Notes: generated from the letters alone by a model not told the origin. Positions 16,032 through 25,221 are shown, numbered from the stretch's first letter. The stretch is 28,131 nt of DNA from Syntrophales bacterium (GCA_028712015.1 JAQTRB010000001.1:1-28131); one strand, 5' to 3'. A program made the numbers and translations.

Positions 16032-17438
16032 CTAGCGACCATATTTCGCCCAGAGCGGGCCCCAGATTTCATCTTCGGTCGGCTTCACCACCGGCAGCGG
16101 TTCGGAGACCCATGTCACATTGATAAAATGCTTCCAGTGGATATTTTCGCTCGTGATGTTGCCGCCCCAGGTGCCGCATCCCAGCGTGACCGTGGAGGGC
16201 ATGCCGTTGTGGAAATGGCCCCCGGCGGACGGCGCATGGGCCTGACGGACCAGAATGCGGCTGACTTTGGCGGCAGTCGCCACCTTCCGGATATAGTCGG
16301 AATTGAAGGAATAGATGCCGCAGGAGTGTCCCAGCCCCGCATAGTTGTGGAGTGTCGCGATGAGCTCTATGGCATCGTCGATCGTCTGGTAACGCCACAG
16401 GGCCATGACGGGGGATAGTTTCTCGCCGCTGAATCGCTCCTCGCCGGGTTTTTCCCCGATGACCATGAGCATTTTGGTGCCCTCGGGAACGGCGAGCCCG
16501 GCGTCTTCGGCGATGCGACGGGCCGATACGGCGATAATCTTGGAATTGAGGGCAACATGACCTGTTTTTGAGCTCGCGACCCACATCCAGCTCTCCAGTT
16601 TTTGCTTTTCTTCCTCATTGCAGAGGTATCCGCCCTGTTTTTTGAGCTCCGCCACCATCCGGTCGAAAACGCCCTCCTGGATCAGCAACGAATTATCGGA
16701 ACTGCACGAGGTTGCATTGTCGAACGTTTTACTGATCCGGATCTTCTGGGCCGCATCCGCCAAGTCGGCATCTTCGGCGATAATGATGACCGGGTTGCCG
16801 GCGCCGACGCCATAGGCGGGCTTTCCGCTGGAATAGGCGGCCTTGACCATCACGGCGCCGCCGGTCGCCACCACCAGGTCCACCTGCCGCATCAACTCCT
16901 GGCTCATCGGTACGCTGGGCTCCTCGATATATTGAATCAAATCCACCGGGGCGCCGACCTTGCGCAGTCCCTCCCGCATGAATTCGCAAACCACCCGGCA
17001 GGACCGCTTCGCCGCCGGATGGGGGGCAAAAATGACGGCGTTACGTCCTTTCAGGATCCCCGTGCCGTTGCTGGCCGCCGTTGCGGTGGGATTCGTCACG
17101 GGCGTCAGCGCCCCGATGATCCCTACCGGCTTCGCGTATTTCGTCAGCCCACGGGCTTCGTCCCGTTCGATCACCCCCACCGTTTTCGCCTGCTTGATAT
17201 CGCGGCAGACCCCAAGGACCTTGACCTTGTGTTTGGTGAGTTTGTCCTCATAGACGCCCATGCCGGTCTCTTCCACGGCGATTTTCGCGCAGGCGGCAAT
17301 GTTGTCGTCCTTGTATACCTGCCATGCCACCGAGAGGGCCACCTCGTCGATCTGCTCCTGCGTATAATTTTCCACCAGTTTCTGTGCGGCACGTGCCTTG
17401 GCCACCAAAGTGCCGACGATCTCTTCGTTGCTCGACAT
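16032..17438 (-). CDS. sauS: CoA-acylating aldehyde dehydrogenase, sulfoacetaldehyde dehydrogenase (SauS)-like
   Basis: ATG 17438 after AAAGGAGG; KPVGIIGALTPVTNP, ATGG, GVGAGN, SKTFDNATSCSS (catalytic Cys; matches SauS as remembered rather than AdhE-type DNGxICASEQ), EKLSP, GCGTWGGN; no C-terminal alcohol dehydrogenase domain. Confidence 0.75.
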   Translation of the reverse strand: MSSNEEIVGTLVAKARAAQKLVENYTQEQIDEVALSVAWQVYKDDNIAACAKIAVEETGMGVYEDKLTKHKVKVLGVCRDIKQAKTVGVIERDEARGLTKYAKPVGIIGALTPVTNPTATAASNGTGILKGRNAVIFAPHPAAKRSCRVVCEFMREGLRKVGAPVDLIQYIEEPSVPMSQELMRQVDLVVATGGAVMVKAAYSSGKPAYGVGAGNPVIIIAEDADLADAAQKIRISKTFDNATSCSSDNSLLIQEGVFDRMVAELKKQGGYLCNEEEKQKLESWMWVASSKTGHVALNSKIIAVSARRIAEDAGLAVPEGTKMLMVIGEKPGEERFSGEKLSPVMALWRYQTIDDAIELIATLHNYAGLGHSCGIYSFNSDYIRKVATAAKVSRILVRQAHAPSAGGHFHNGMPSTVTLGCGTWGGNITSENIHWKHFINVTWVSEPLPVVKPTEDEIWGPLWAKYGR

Positions 17439-17484
17439 GTCTCCTCCTTTTTTTGAAACGCCCGTCCGGCGACCAGCGGCTAAA

Positions 17485-17513
17485 TCCGTATACAAAAATA
17501 TCATGGTTGTCAA
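17485..17513 (-). promoter_or_regulatory. Candidate promoter of the sauS-ABC-tpa unit overlapped by a GTATAC operator
   Basis: TTGACA at 17513-17508; imperfect -10 (TACGGA) at 17-nt spacing; CCGTATACAAAA at 17486-17497 overlaps the -10 region. Confidence 0.5.
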
Positions 17514-17585
17514 TAAATTTCCCGATCAGCCAGTAGACTTTCTTAATAGGCTGAATCCGGCGTCTTCCGCTTTGCCTTTTTGAGT

Positions 17586-17614
17586 TTGACTTCCGGCGAA
17601 ATTTCCGCTAAAAG
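17586..17614 (+). promoter_or_regulatory. Possible sigma70 promoter for the LysM-NlpC/P60 gene
   Basis: TTGACT (17586-17591), 17-nt spacer, TAAAAG (17609-17614); -10 imperfect. Confidence 0.3.
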
Positions 17615-17712
17615 ATACGACCATTGTCGAACTCCGCTTGTAATGTAACCGCGGAATCCGGGTACCACAACCGGTGTGGGGAGGCCCCCGAATTTCAATG
17701 AGGAGGTGCTTC

Positions 17713-18690
17713 ATGATGAGACAGCGAATGTTTCCATGGATGGGATTGTGTGTCCTGTTCGTGTTTACAGCCCTTGGCGGAACAGCCATCGCGAACGGGA
17801 CCTATGCGGTGAAGCGCGGCGACACCCTGACCCGAATCGCCGCGAAGACGGGAATGACCGTCAAGGCCCTGAAAGCGGCCAATGCTTCGGCGGGCAGTCT
17901 GCTCCGGGTGAATCAAATTCTCATCATCCCCTCCAACAAAATCGACAAAACGGCAAAGAGTACCCCCTCTTCCATTCCTCAGGGGAAGAAATATGTGATC
18001 AAAAAGGGAGACTCGCTCTTCGGCATCGCCAGAAGGGCAGGCGTATCCGTTCGTGAGCTTCGGAAGCTCAACCGGATGCGCGGAAACAAACTGAAGGTCG
18101 GGCAGGAACTCGTCTTGACGGAAAAACCGAATGACGAGATCGCGGCGCCGGCGCCCCTTGAATACGCGAATCGTGAAATCAGGCCGCAGATCGAGGACGA
18201 AGAGGAGGAAGATGTCGATAACCTTTTCACCCCGGAAGAGGCATGGGCGGAAATCGAAAGGCGCAAACAGGAACGTACGGCGCTCCTCGGAAATTGGAAC
18301 CATCCCGACGAGCAGAAATTGCTCGTCAAGGTCGCGTTGGGTTTCCTCGGCGCTCCCTACCGTCTCGGAGGCTATTCGGTCAACGGAATCGATTGCTCCG
18401 GCTTCGTCAAGAAAATCTATCAAATCTTCAATGTCGAGCTTCCCCGAACGGCCTTCGATCAGTCCCATCTCGGGATGCGCGTCGCCCGGGATGAGCTGGC
18501 CGAGGGGGATCTCATCTTCTTCAATACGAGAAGGCCGGTCGGTCACGTCGGTATCTATATCGGCAACAATCAATTCGTCCACGCCGCATCGCGGAAAAAG
18601 GGCGTCCGGGTGGACAATCTCAACACCCCCTATTACAAAAAGCGCTTCTTCCGGGCCGTCCGCCTGAAGGGAACCCATGACGGCCTATAG
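17713..18690 (+). CDS. LysM x2 + NlpC/P60 peptidoglycan endopeptidase
   Basis: ATG 17713 after AGGAGGT; signal peptide; LysM repeats YAVKRGDTL and YVIKKGDSL; acidic linker; NlpC/P60 motifs GAPYRLGG, GIDCSGF, LPRTA, GDLIFF, GHVGIY, FVHAAS. Confidence 0.93.
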   Translation: MMRQRMFPWMGLCVLFVFTALGGTAIANGTYAVKRGDTLTRIAAKTGMTVKALKAANASAGSLLRVNQILIIPSNKIDKTAKSTPSSIPQGKKYVIKKGDSLFGIARRAGVSVRELRKLNRMRGNKLKVGQELVLTEKPNDEIAAPAPLEYANREIRPQIEDEEEEDVDNLFTPEEAWAEIERRKQERTALLGNWNHPDEQKLLVKVALGFLGAPYRLGGYSVNGIDCSGFVKKIYQIFNVELPRTAFDQSHLGMRVARDELAEGDLIFFNTRRPVGHVGIYIGNNQFVHAASRKKGVRVDNLNTPYYKKRFFRAVRLKGTHDGL

Positions 18691-18750
18691 TCCCCCCGTA
18701 CAAAATCTTCCGTTCGTTTCCCCGCAAGAGGACCGGAAGCGGATGATGCC

Positions 18751-19791
18751 GTGACGACCAAACCCAACATTCGGGACTTGTCTCTGGAAGAATTGGAAGC
18801 CCTGATCGTCGGACTCGGCAAGGAGAAGTACCGCGCACGGCAGATCATGAAGTGGCTTTATGCGGGTGGAGCGACGACCTTTGCGGAGATGACGACGCTT
18901 GCCCGTGATTTTCGCTCCCGGATGGAGGGAATCACCCGAATCGTCGAACCCGCAATCGACAGGATTCTGGTGTCGCAGGACGGGACCAAGAAGCTCCTTT
19001 TTTCCCTCGAAGACGGGCTATTCATCGAAAGCGTCCTCATTCCCGGCCGGAATCACTGGACCGCCTGCATCTCGACCCAGGCCGGCTGTGCGATGGAATG
19101 CCGTTTCTGCCTGACCGGAAGGCAGGGACTGAAGCGCAATCTCCAGCCCTCCGAAATTACCGGACAGGTGACGATGCTCCGCCGCCATACGCCGGAAGGG
19201 CCGCAGATCAAAAACATCGTTTTGATGGGGATGGGGGAACCGCTTGCGAACTACAATCACACCGTAAAGGCGATCCGAATTCTCACCTCCGATTTCGGGC
19301 TCGGCTTCTCCAGCCGGAAGATCACGGTTTCAACCTGCGGGCTCGCCCCGAAGATCGCGCAACTGGGGAAAGAGGTCTGCGTCAACCTCGCCATTTCTTT
19401 GAACGCCCCGGACAACGAACGGCGGGATGTGCTGATGCCCGTGAACCGAAAATACCCGTTGGAAGAGCTGATCAGGGCCTGTCGAGACTATCCCATGCCG
19501 GGTCGGCGAATGCTGACCTTCGAATACATCCTCATGGCCGGCTTGAACGACTCGCCGGCGGACGCGGAGAAGCTTGCGCGGCTTCTCCGGGGACTCCACT
19601 GCAAATTGAATCTGATCGCCTTCAACGAGTTTCCCGGCTCCGACTATCGGACACCGGCGCCCGAGGCGATTTCAGCGTTTCAGCAGATCCTGCTCGACCG
19701 CCATTACACGGCCATCCTGCGAGCCAGCCACGGCCGGGACATTCTCGCCGCCTGCGGCCAGTTGAGCGGTCATGCCCCATCCTTCGCTTGA
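18751..19791 (+). CDS. rlmN: Dual-specificity RNA methyltransferase RlmN (23S rRNA m2A2503 / tRNA m2A37)
   Basis: IESVLIP, CISTQAGCAMECRFC (radical SAM CxxxCxxC), MGMGEP, ITVSTCG, LAISLNA, FEYILM, AACGQL. Confidence 0.96.
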   Translation: MTTKPNIRDLSLEELEALIVGLGKEKYRARQIMKWLYAGGATTFAEMTTLARDFRSRMEGITRIVEPAIDRILVSQDGTKKLLFSLEDGLFIESVLIPGRNHWTACISTQAGCAMECRFCLTGRQGLKRNLQPSEITGQVTMLRRHTPEGPQIKNIVLMGMGEPLANYNHTVKAIRILTSDFGLGFSSRKITVSTCGLAPKIAQLGKEVCVNLAISLNAPDNERRDVLMPVNRKYPLEELIRACRDYPMPGRRMLTFEYILMAGLNDSPADAEKLARLLRGLHCKLNLIAFNEFPGSDYRTPAPEAISAFQQILLDRHYTAILRASHGRDILAACGQLSGHAPSFA

Positions 19792-19878
19792 TCTTCGACA
19801 GGATGGGCGGTCTCCCGGAAAGGAAGATTCGGACGGATTTCCCCAATGAAGCCGCTTCGCTGCCCGCGGCAACGAAAT

Positions 19879-20805
19879 TCATTCCAGAAGATCGCGAAGC
19901 ATCGGCAGCATCAGGTCCATCGCCCGTTTCCCCTCTTCGATGGATTCCTCGGCCCGATTGAACTCCATCAGGCCGATATGGGCGAGTTTAGGCTTGACGA
20001 GGATGTCCGGGGGATCGGAGGCAAGGCGCTCACGGGTGATCCGGTCCTGCATGATCTTGACGGAGGTCGCCACGACATCGAACACCGATGGAACGCGCTC
20101 CGGCTGTTCCTGAAAGAGGTGCCGGAAAAGAGTGAGATTCCCCTGCTGCACCGTCTGATTCAGAAAAGCGGTCCATTTGCTTATCGTCTTGGGATTGTCG
20201 CCGTTCCGGACGCCGATCGGCGGATCGACCATCCGACTGATCCGGGATTTCCCCATGATGTCGGAATTGAGATTGACGGCAATGACGAGGTCGGCGCCCA
20301 TCGATCGACACAGCGACACGGGAACGGGATTGACAAGACCACCGTCCACAAGCCACTGGCCGTTCCGCTGACAGGGGGTAAAGATTCCGGGGAGAGAGAT
20401 GCTTGCCCGAATGGCATCCATCAGCGATCCGTCTCGCAGCCAAATCTCCCTTCCGGTCTTCAGGTCGGTGGCGACGGCCGCGAAGGGGAGCGCGAGCTCT
20501 TCGATTTCCGGGTCGGCCATGTTCTGTCGGAAATAGGCCGTCATCCGCTCGCCTTCGATCAACCCCGACCTCGGGATCATGACGTCCATGAAGCCGATGA
20601 TGTAGGACCAGCTCAGCCGTCGCGCCCAGCGGTCCAGAGGGTCGAGAAAGCCGGCGGCAAAGGAACCCGCAACGAGTGCGCCGATTGATGTCCCGCAGAC
20701 GATATCAATCTTGACGCCCGCCTCCAGCAGGCTTCGGATTACGCCAATATGGGACCATCCCCGGGCCGATCCGCTTCCCAGGGCAATGCCGATTTTTTTG
20801 GCCAT
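19879..20805 (-). CDS. Patatin-like phospholipase (RssA/NTE family)
   Basis: IALGSGSARGWSHIG, nucleophile elbow GTSIG, AIRASISLPGIF, catalytic DGG, VNPVP. Confidence 0.92.
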   Translation of the reverse strand: MAKKIGIALGSGSARGWSHIGVIRSLLEAGVKIDIVCGTSIGALVAGSFAAGFLDPLDRWARRLSWSYIIGFMDVMIPRSGLIEGERMTAYFRQNMADPEIEELALPFAAVATDLKTGREIWLRDGSLMDAIRASISLPGIFTPCQRNGQWLVDGGLVNPVPVSLCRSMGADLVIAVNLNSDIMGKSRISRMVDPPIGVRNGDNPKTISKWTAFLNQTVQQGNLTLFRHLFQEQPERVPSVFDVVATSVKIMQDRITRERLASDPPDILVKPKLAHIGLMEFNRAEESIEEGKRAMDLMLPMLRDLLE

Positions 20806-20832
20806 GACGGTAAAACCCTTTGATGAACCAAC

Positions 20833-23800
20833 TCAGCCTTGTTGAAGAACCTCGCGGGAATTTTCTGGATTTCGGGTTGGTGTTGCCCCTTCTCGCGCCG
20901 ACATGACGATAAAATGGAGGCGATTGAGGATATTCACCTCGCTCATCCCCGGATCCATGTCGAGGAAGAGCAGGTTGAGGCGGTTGTACATGGATTTCAG
21001 TTTCTTTTCAACACCTTTCCCGATAATATGGTTGGCGAGGCAACCAAAGGGCTGCAGACAGATAATGTTTCCGATACCCTGTTTGAGCATGGCGATCATC
21101 TCGGCGGGAAGCAACCACCCCTCCCCGGCCTGGTTGGCCAGACTGGTCGTCCGGGTGGTTTCCTCGGCAAGTTTCTTGAGATCGTAATGTCGACGGTGAT
21201 AACGGAAATCTTTCATGACCCGTTCCACACGGGCCAGGTAAAAACGAACATAGCGCTCCAGCAGACGGTTCACCAGGAGATCTCGGAAGGAGCGCTTCAG
21301 ATAGGCGCGCTGGTCAAATTCCTCGTTCACGAAACGCTGCTCGAAAAAGCTCAACAGCGGGGGGACGACGACTTCGATTCCCTGCGATACGAGCCATTCC
21401 ACGATGTTGTTGTTCGAAAAGGCGTTGTATTTGACGAAAATTTCCCCCAGAACCCCGACGATCGGCACCGGCCCTCCATCCACGGGCAACGCATTAAAAT
21501 CGCGGACGGCCTCCCGCAAAAGCTCCAGAAGCGCCCCGAAATCTCCTTCTCCGGCGAGCCTTCCGATTTCGGCGATGTATCTCTGCTGAAGGGTCATGGT
21601 CGATCCGGCAAGAATCTCGTGCGGCGCCGTTGCCAACGCGATCCGCGCCAGCGCATCGCTGAAGATGAGAGCCAGGGCCAGCCGCCTGACCAGCGTGCGC
21701 CGGTCGATCGGAAAGATCGACGGAGGGGGTGTCTCTTCCGCGGAGAGCGAAACGACCGGCACCTCGCCGAACCCCGCGGCCGCGAGCGCCTTTCGGGTCA
21801 GCGGCAAATAGTTGGACGCGCGGCACTGACCGAAGGTCTGGGACAGGAGGACCGTTGTCTTCCGCGGGTCGTACCTTCCGGACCGGAGGGCCTTGATGAT
21901 GTCGCCGATCACGATGACGGCGGGATAGCACATATCATTGTTCACAAACCGGAGGCCTACGTCCACGGATGAACGGTCCTGGGGGGTGAGAAGCTCCACG
22001 CGGCAGCCGAAAGAGGCAAAGACCGGCGGGATGACCGGCGAATAGAGAGGTGAAAACCACGGGATCAGGATCGTCCTTTCCCCGGGCTTGTCCGGGGAGG
22101 AATCATTGGAATGTTCAGACCGATGCTCGGGCTTCCCGGCGCCCGCACGCTCCCGGATCGCATCCAGCATGGAACGGAGGCGGATCCGGACGGCCCCGAG
22201 GTTGGTGATCTCGTCCATCTTGATCAAGCTGTACATCTTTCCCTCGTTTTGCAGGATTTCCCGTACCTCATCTGCACAAATCGCGTCCAGACCACACCCG
22301 AAGGAGGTGATCTGCAGCATTTCAAGATGGGGGGTATGGGCGACCGCCTTGGCCACGGAGAGAATCCGGTTCGTGTAGGCCCACTGGGTCAGAATGTTGC
22401 TCTGTTTCAACGAAAGATCCGCGGCAAGCGGTACCGCGCTCTCCGGAATAACATCCACACCGAACCCCGCAAGGAGTTCCGGCAGGCCATGGTTGATCAG
22501 CGGATCTGCGTGATACGGTCGACCGGAAACGACAACGGCAAAACGGTTCTCCTCCCGAGCCTTCTCCATCAATTCGACAGCCCGCTCTTGCAGTTCCCGT
22601 AAAACCCCCCGCTGCGCCTCGATCCCCTTTTCCACCGCAACATCGACTCTCTTTTTTCCGATCCCGAAGGATTTGAGATAGAGATAAACCTGTTTCTTGA
22701 GGAGCTCCGTATCCTTGAAACTGACCGCCGGGCTGTCGATCGGAACGCCGTATCGCCCCTCCGGATCGATCGCACTGCGGACGACATCGGGGTAACCGGT
22801 CACCACGGGGCAGTTGAAGCTGTTTTGGGCATTTGTTCCCTCCATGCGCTCGAAAATCACCATCGGATAGAAGATCCGATCCACCCCTTTCTCAATCAGA
22901 TCGAGAATGTGTCCATGAGCGAGCTTCCCCGGGAAACAGATGTTGTCGGACATCACCGTCCCGATCCCTTTTTCGAACAGTCCCATCCCGGACGGCGACG
23001 ACAGAACCACACGAAACCCGCAATGGGTCAAAAGCGAGCACCAGAAGGGGAAATTCTCATACATGTTCAGCACGCGTGGGACGCCGAAGGTCAGGATCGG
23101 CGGCCGGTCCGGATTTAGCGGACGATCAAACAGGAGGTTGATCCGGGCCGTAAATAGGTTTTCGCCTGCTCGGTTGCCCCGCACCCCGTTGCCGAAATGG
23201 CGTTCGCATCGATTGCCCGTGAAATAATTACGCCCTTCCCCGAAATTGATCCGGGTCACCGCACAGCGGTTCTCGCAACCGGTGCAGGCGTATTTCTTTT
23301 TCGTGGCTTTGCGTGTCGCCTCAGTCCCGTCGAGACCGACAAAAGCCGTTAATGACGCCGGTTCGGCTCGATGGTTCTGCAGCGCCGTCAAGGCCGCGCC
23401 GTAGGCCCCCATCATCTCGGAGATATCCGGACGGATGACCTCCCTTCCCACCAGCAGTTCAAAAGCGCGCAGAACGGCGGGGTTGCGAAAGGTCCCCCCC
23501 TGGACGACGATTCTCTCCCCGAGAGCGGCCGGATCCTTCAGCTTCAGGACCTTGTACAGGGAATTGCGGATCACGGAATAGGCGAGTCCCGCCGATATCT
23601 CACCTACCGTGGCTCCCTCGCGAAGAGCTTGTCTGACGCGGGAATTCATGAAGACGGTACAGCGCGTACCGAGATCGAAAGGTTCTTCCGCCTCGCAGGC
23701 GATCCGGGAAAATTCGGTCATCCCGAGATTGAGTGAGCCGGCAAAGGTTTCGATAAAGGAGCCACAGCCCGAGGAGCAGGCCTCGTTGATCTGGATATCG

Positions 23801-25137
23801 GAGACGCAACCATCACGGACGGTGATCGCCTTCATGTCCTGGCCGCCGATATCAAGGACAAAAGAGACGTCCGGCGCAAAGAAACGGGCCGCGCGATAGT
23901 GGGCCATGGTTTCGACGACGCCGTCGTCGACGGCGAACGCGGCCCGGATGAGATCCTCGCCGTACCCCGTCACGGCCGTTCGAACGATGTGGGGCGATGC
24001 GCCTCTCTCCCGGCAGGTTTCCCGCAGCGCTTCAATCCCCCTGCGCACCGCTTCCAGCGCATCACCGCCGTTCAGCGCATACCACGTGAACGCCACACGA
24101 TTTTCGTCGTCCATCAATAGAATCTTCGTGGTCGTTGAACCCGAATCGATTCCCAGGATGCAGCGTGATCGATCCAAAAGACCGATGTCGATCTTTCGTA
24201 CCCGATGGCGCTGGTGGCGATCTTCCCAGGCGTTGAACTCCTCACGGCCCCGGAAAAGCGGGTGGAGCCTATTTCCGGTCTCCTTTAGCCCATGCGGCGC
24301 ATTGCCTTCGAGAACCTTCAACCATTTTCCCAGGCTGAGCCGGATTCCGGCGTCCCCGTGATGGCATGCGGCGCCTTCGGCGGCGATCCGTTCCGGGTGA
24401 CCGCAGGCCGCGATATCCTTTTCCGGATCGAGATGAAGCAGACGAACAAAAGCGTCACGCAAACGCGGGAAAAAAGTGAGCGGACCACCGGCGAAGAGGA
24501 CCCTTTTCCGAACATCGCTGCCGCGTGCCAGCGTGGATATCACCTGGAGAGCCATGGCATGAAAGACCGAGGCGGCGATTTCTTCCCGGGAGACTCGATT
24601 GCTCAGAAGCGCCTGAATGTCGGTTTTCGCAAACACCCCGCAGCGCGAGGCAATGGGATAAAGCGTCCTGCTGTTTCCGGCCAGTCCGTCGAAGGCGTCC
24701 AGCGGAACATCGAGCAGGATCGCCATCTGTTCGATGAAGGCCCCCGTGCCGCCCGCACAGCTCCCGTTCATACGGATGTCGGGCTGGAACTCATCGTCGA
24801 AGAAGGCGATCTTGGAATCTTCTCCCCCGATTTCAATCAAGGTTCGCACATCCGGCCACCGCCGACGGATCAGTTTGGCGGATGCAACGACTTCCTGAAT
24901 GAACGGGAAACCATAATGTTCGGCCACACCCATGCCGGCCGAACCGGTAAAGGCCGGATCCACAAGGCAATCGCCCAGCGTCTGACGCGCCTCCGTCAAC
25001 AGCGACCGTACCGTGTCCACGGTCAGGGCATGATGGCGGCGGTAACGTGAAAAGACAACGTTTCCCCGCGGATCACAGATGACCAATTTGACGGTGGTCG
25101 AACCGATATCTATTCCTGTAGGATTCGCATTTTCCAT
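20833..25137 (-). CDS. plsA: Multidomain protein with two BadF/BcrAD-type ATPase activator domains and two Fe-S reductase/dehydratase-like domains (DUF2229-type); PlsA/Ger-like ether-lipid enzyme
   Basis: 1434 aa; GIDIGSTTVK..IEIGGEDSK..MNGSCAGGTG..SRCGVF; GIDSGSTTTK..LDIGGQDMK..INEACSSGCG..TRCTVF; CTGCENRC..GNRC; DNICFPGK, NCPVV, SFGCGLD; CYPA, GQCRASNY, QPFGCLANH. Architecture and length match anaerobic plasmalogen synthase PlsA / glycerol ester reductase Ger (from memory). Confidence 0.65.
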   Translation of the reverse strand: MENANPTGIDIGSTTVKLVICDPRGNVVFSRYRRHHALTVDTVRSLLTEARQTLGDCLVDPAFTGSAGMGVAEHYGFPFIQEVVASAKLIRRRWPDVRTLIEIGGEDSKIAFFDDEFQPDIRMNGSCAGGTGAFIEQMAILLDVPLDAFDGLAGNSRTLYPIASRCGVFAKTDIQALLSNRVSREEIAASVFHAMALQVISTLARGSDVRKRVLFAGGPLTFFPRLRDAFVRLLHLDPEKDIAACGHPERIAAEGAACHHGDAGIRLSLGKWLKVLEGNAPHGLKETGNRLHPLFRGREEFNAWEDRHQRHRVRKIDIGLLDRSRCILGIDSGSTTTKILLMDDENRVAFTWYALNGGDALEAVRRGIEALRETCRERGASPHIVRTAVTGYGEDLIRAAFAVDDGVVETMAHYRAARFFAPDVSFVLDIGGQDMKAITVRDGCVSDIQINEACSSGCGSFIETFAGSLNLGMTEFSRIACEAEEPFDLGTRCTVFMNSRVRQALREGATVGEISAGLAYSVIRNSLYKVLKLKDPAALGERIVVQGGTFRNPAVLRAFELLVGREVIRPDISEMMGAYGAALTALQNHRAEPASLTAFVGLDGTEATRKATKKKYACTGCENRCAVTRINFGEGRNYFTGNRCERHFGNGVRGNRAGENLFTARINLLFDRPLNPDRPPILTFGVPRVLNMYENFPFWCSLLTHCGFRVVLSSPSGMGLFEKGIGTVMSDNICFPGKLAHGHILDLIEKGVDRIFYPMVIFERMEGTNAQNSFNCPVVTGYPDVVRSAIDPEGRYGVPIDSPAVSFKDTELLKKQVYLYLKSFGIGKKRVDVAVEKGIEAQRGVLRELQERAVELMEKAREENRFAVVVSGRPYHADPLINHGLPELLAGFGVDVIPESAVPLAADLSLKQSNILTQWAYTNRILSVAKAVAHTPHLEMLQITSFGCGLDAICADEVREILQNEGKMYSLIKMDEITNLGAVRIRLRSMLDAIRERAGAGKPEHRSEHSNDSSPDKPGERTILIPWFSPLYSPVIPPVFASFGCRVELLTPQDRSSVDVGLRFVNNDMCYPAVIVIGDIIKALRSGRYDPRKTTVLLSQTFGQCRASNYLPLTRKALAAAGFGEVPVVSLSAEETPPPSIFPIDRRTLVRRLALALIFSDALARIALATAPHEILAGSTMTLQQRYIAEIGRLAGEGDFGALLELLREAVRDFNALPVDGGPVPIVGVLGEIFVKYNAFSNNNIVEWLVSQGIEVVVPPLLSFFEQRFVNEEFDQRAYLKRSFRDLLVNRLLERYVRFYLARVERVMKDFRYHRRHYDLKKLAEETTRTTSLANQAGEGWLLPAEMIAMLKQGIGNIICLQPFGCLANHIIGKGVEKKLKSMYNRLNLLFLDMDPGMSEVNILNRLHFIVMSAREGATPTRNPENSREVLQQG

Positions 25138-25221
25138 AGTCCTTGCTCAACACAAACCAGCAATGCGCCGCGGACCTTTCCTTGACAAATACCCGTCATC
25201 GACCCTTGCCGACCGGCTGCG

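Noticed and set aside
17545-17712. Possible c-di-AMP (ydaO) or c-di-GMP riboswitch before the LysM-NlpC/P60 gene (GCTGAATCC at about 17550 and several small hairpins)
   Set aside because: The other conserved riboswitch elements are absent and the match is upstream of the best promoter candidate; an Infernal/Rfam scan would settle it.
18190-18225. Acidic run EDEEEEDVD in the NlpC/P60 protein
   Set aside because: Low-complexity linker between LysM and catalytic domains; common and not informative.
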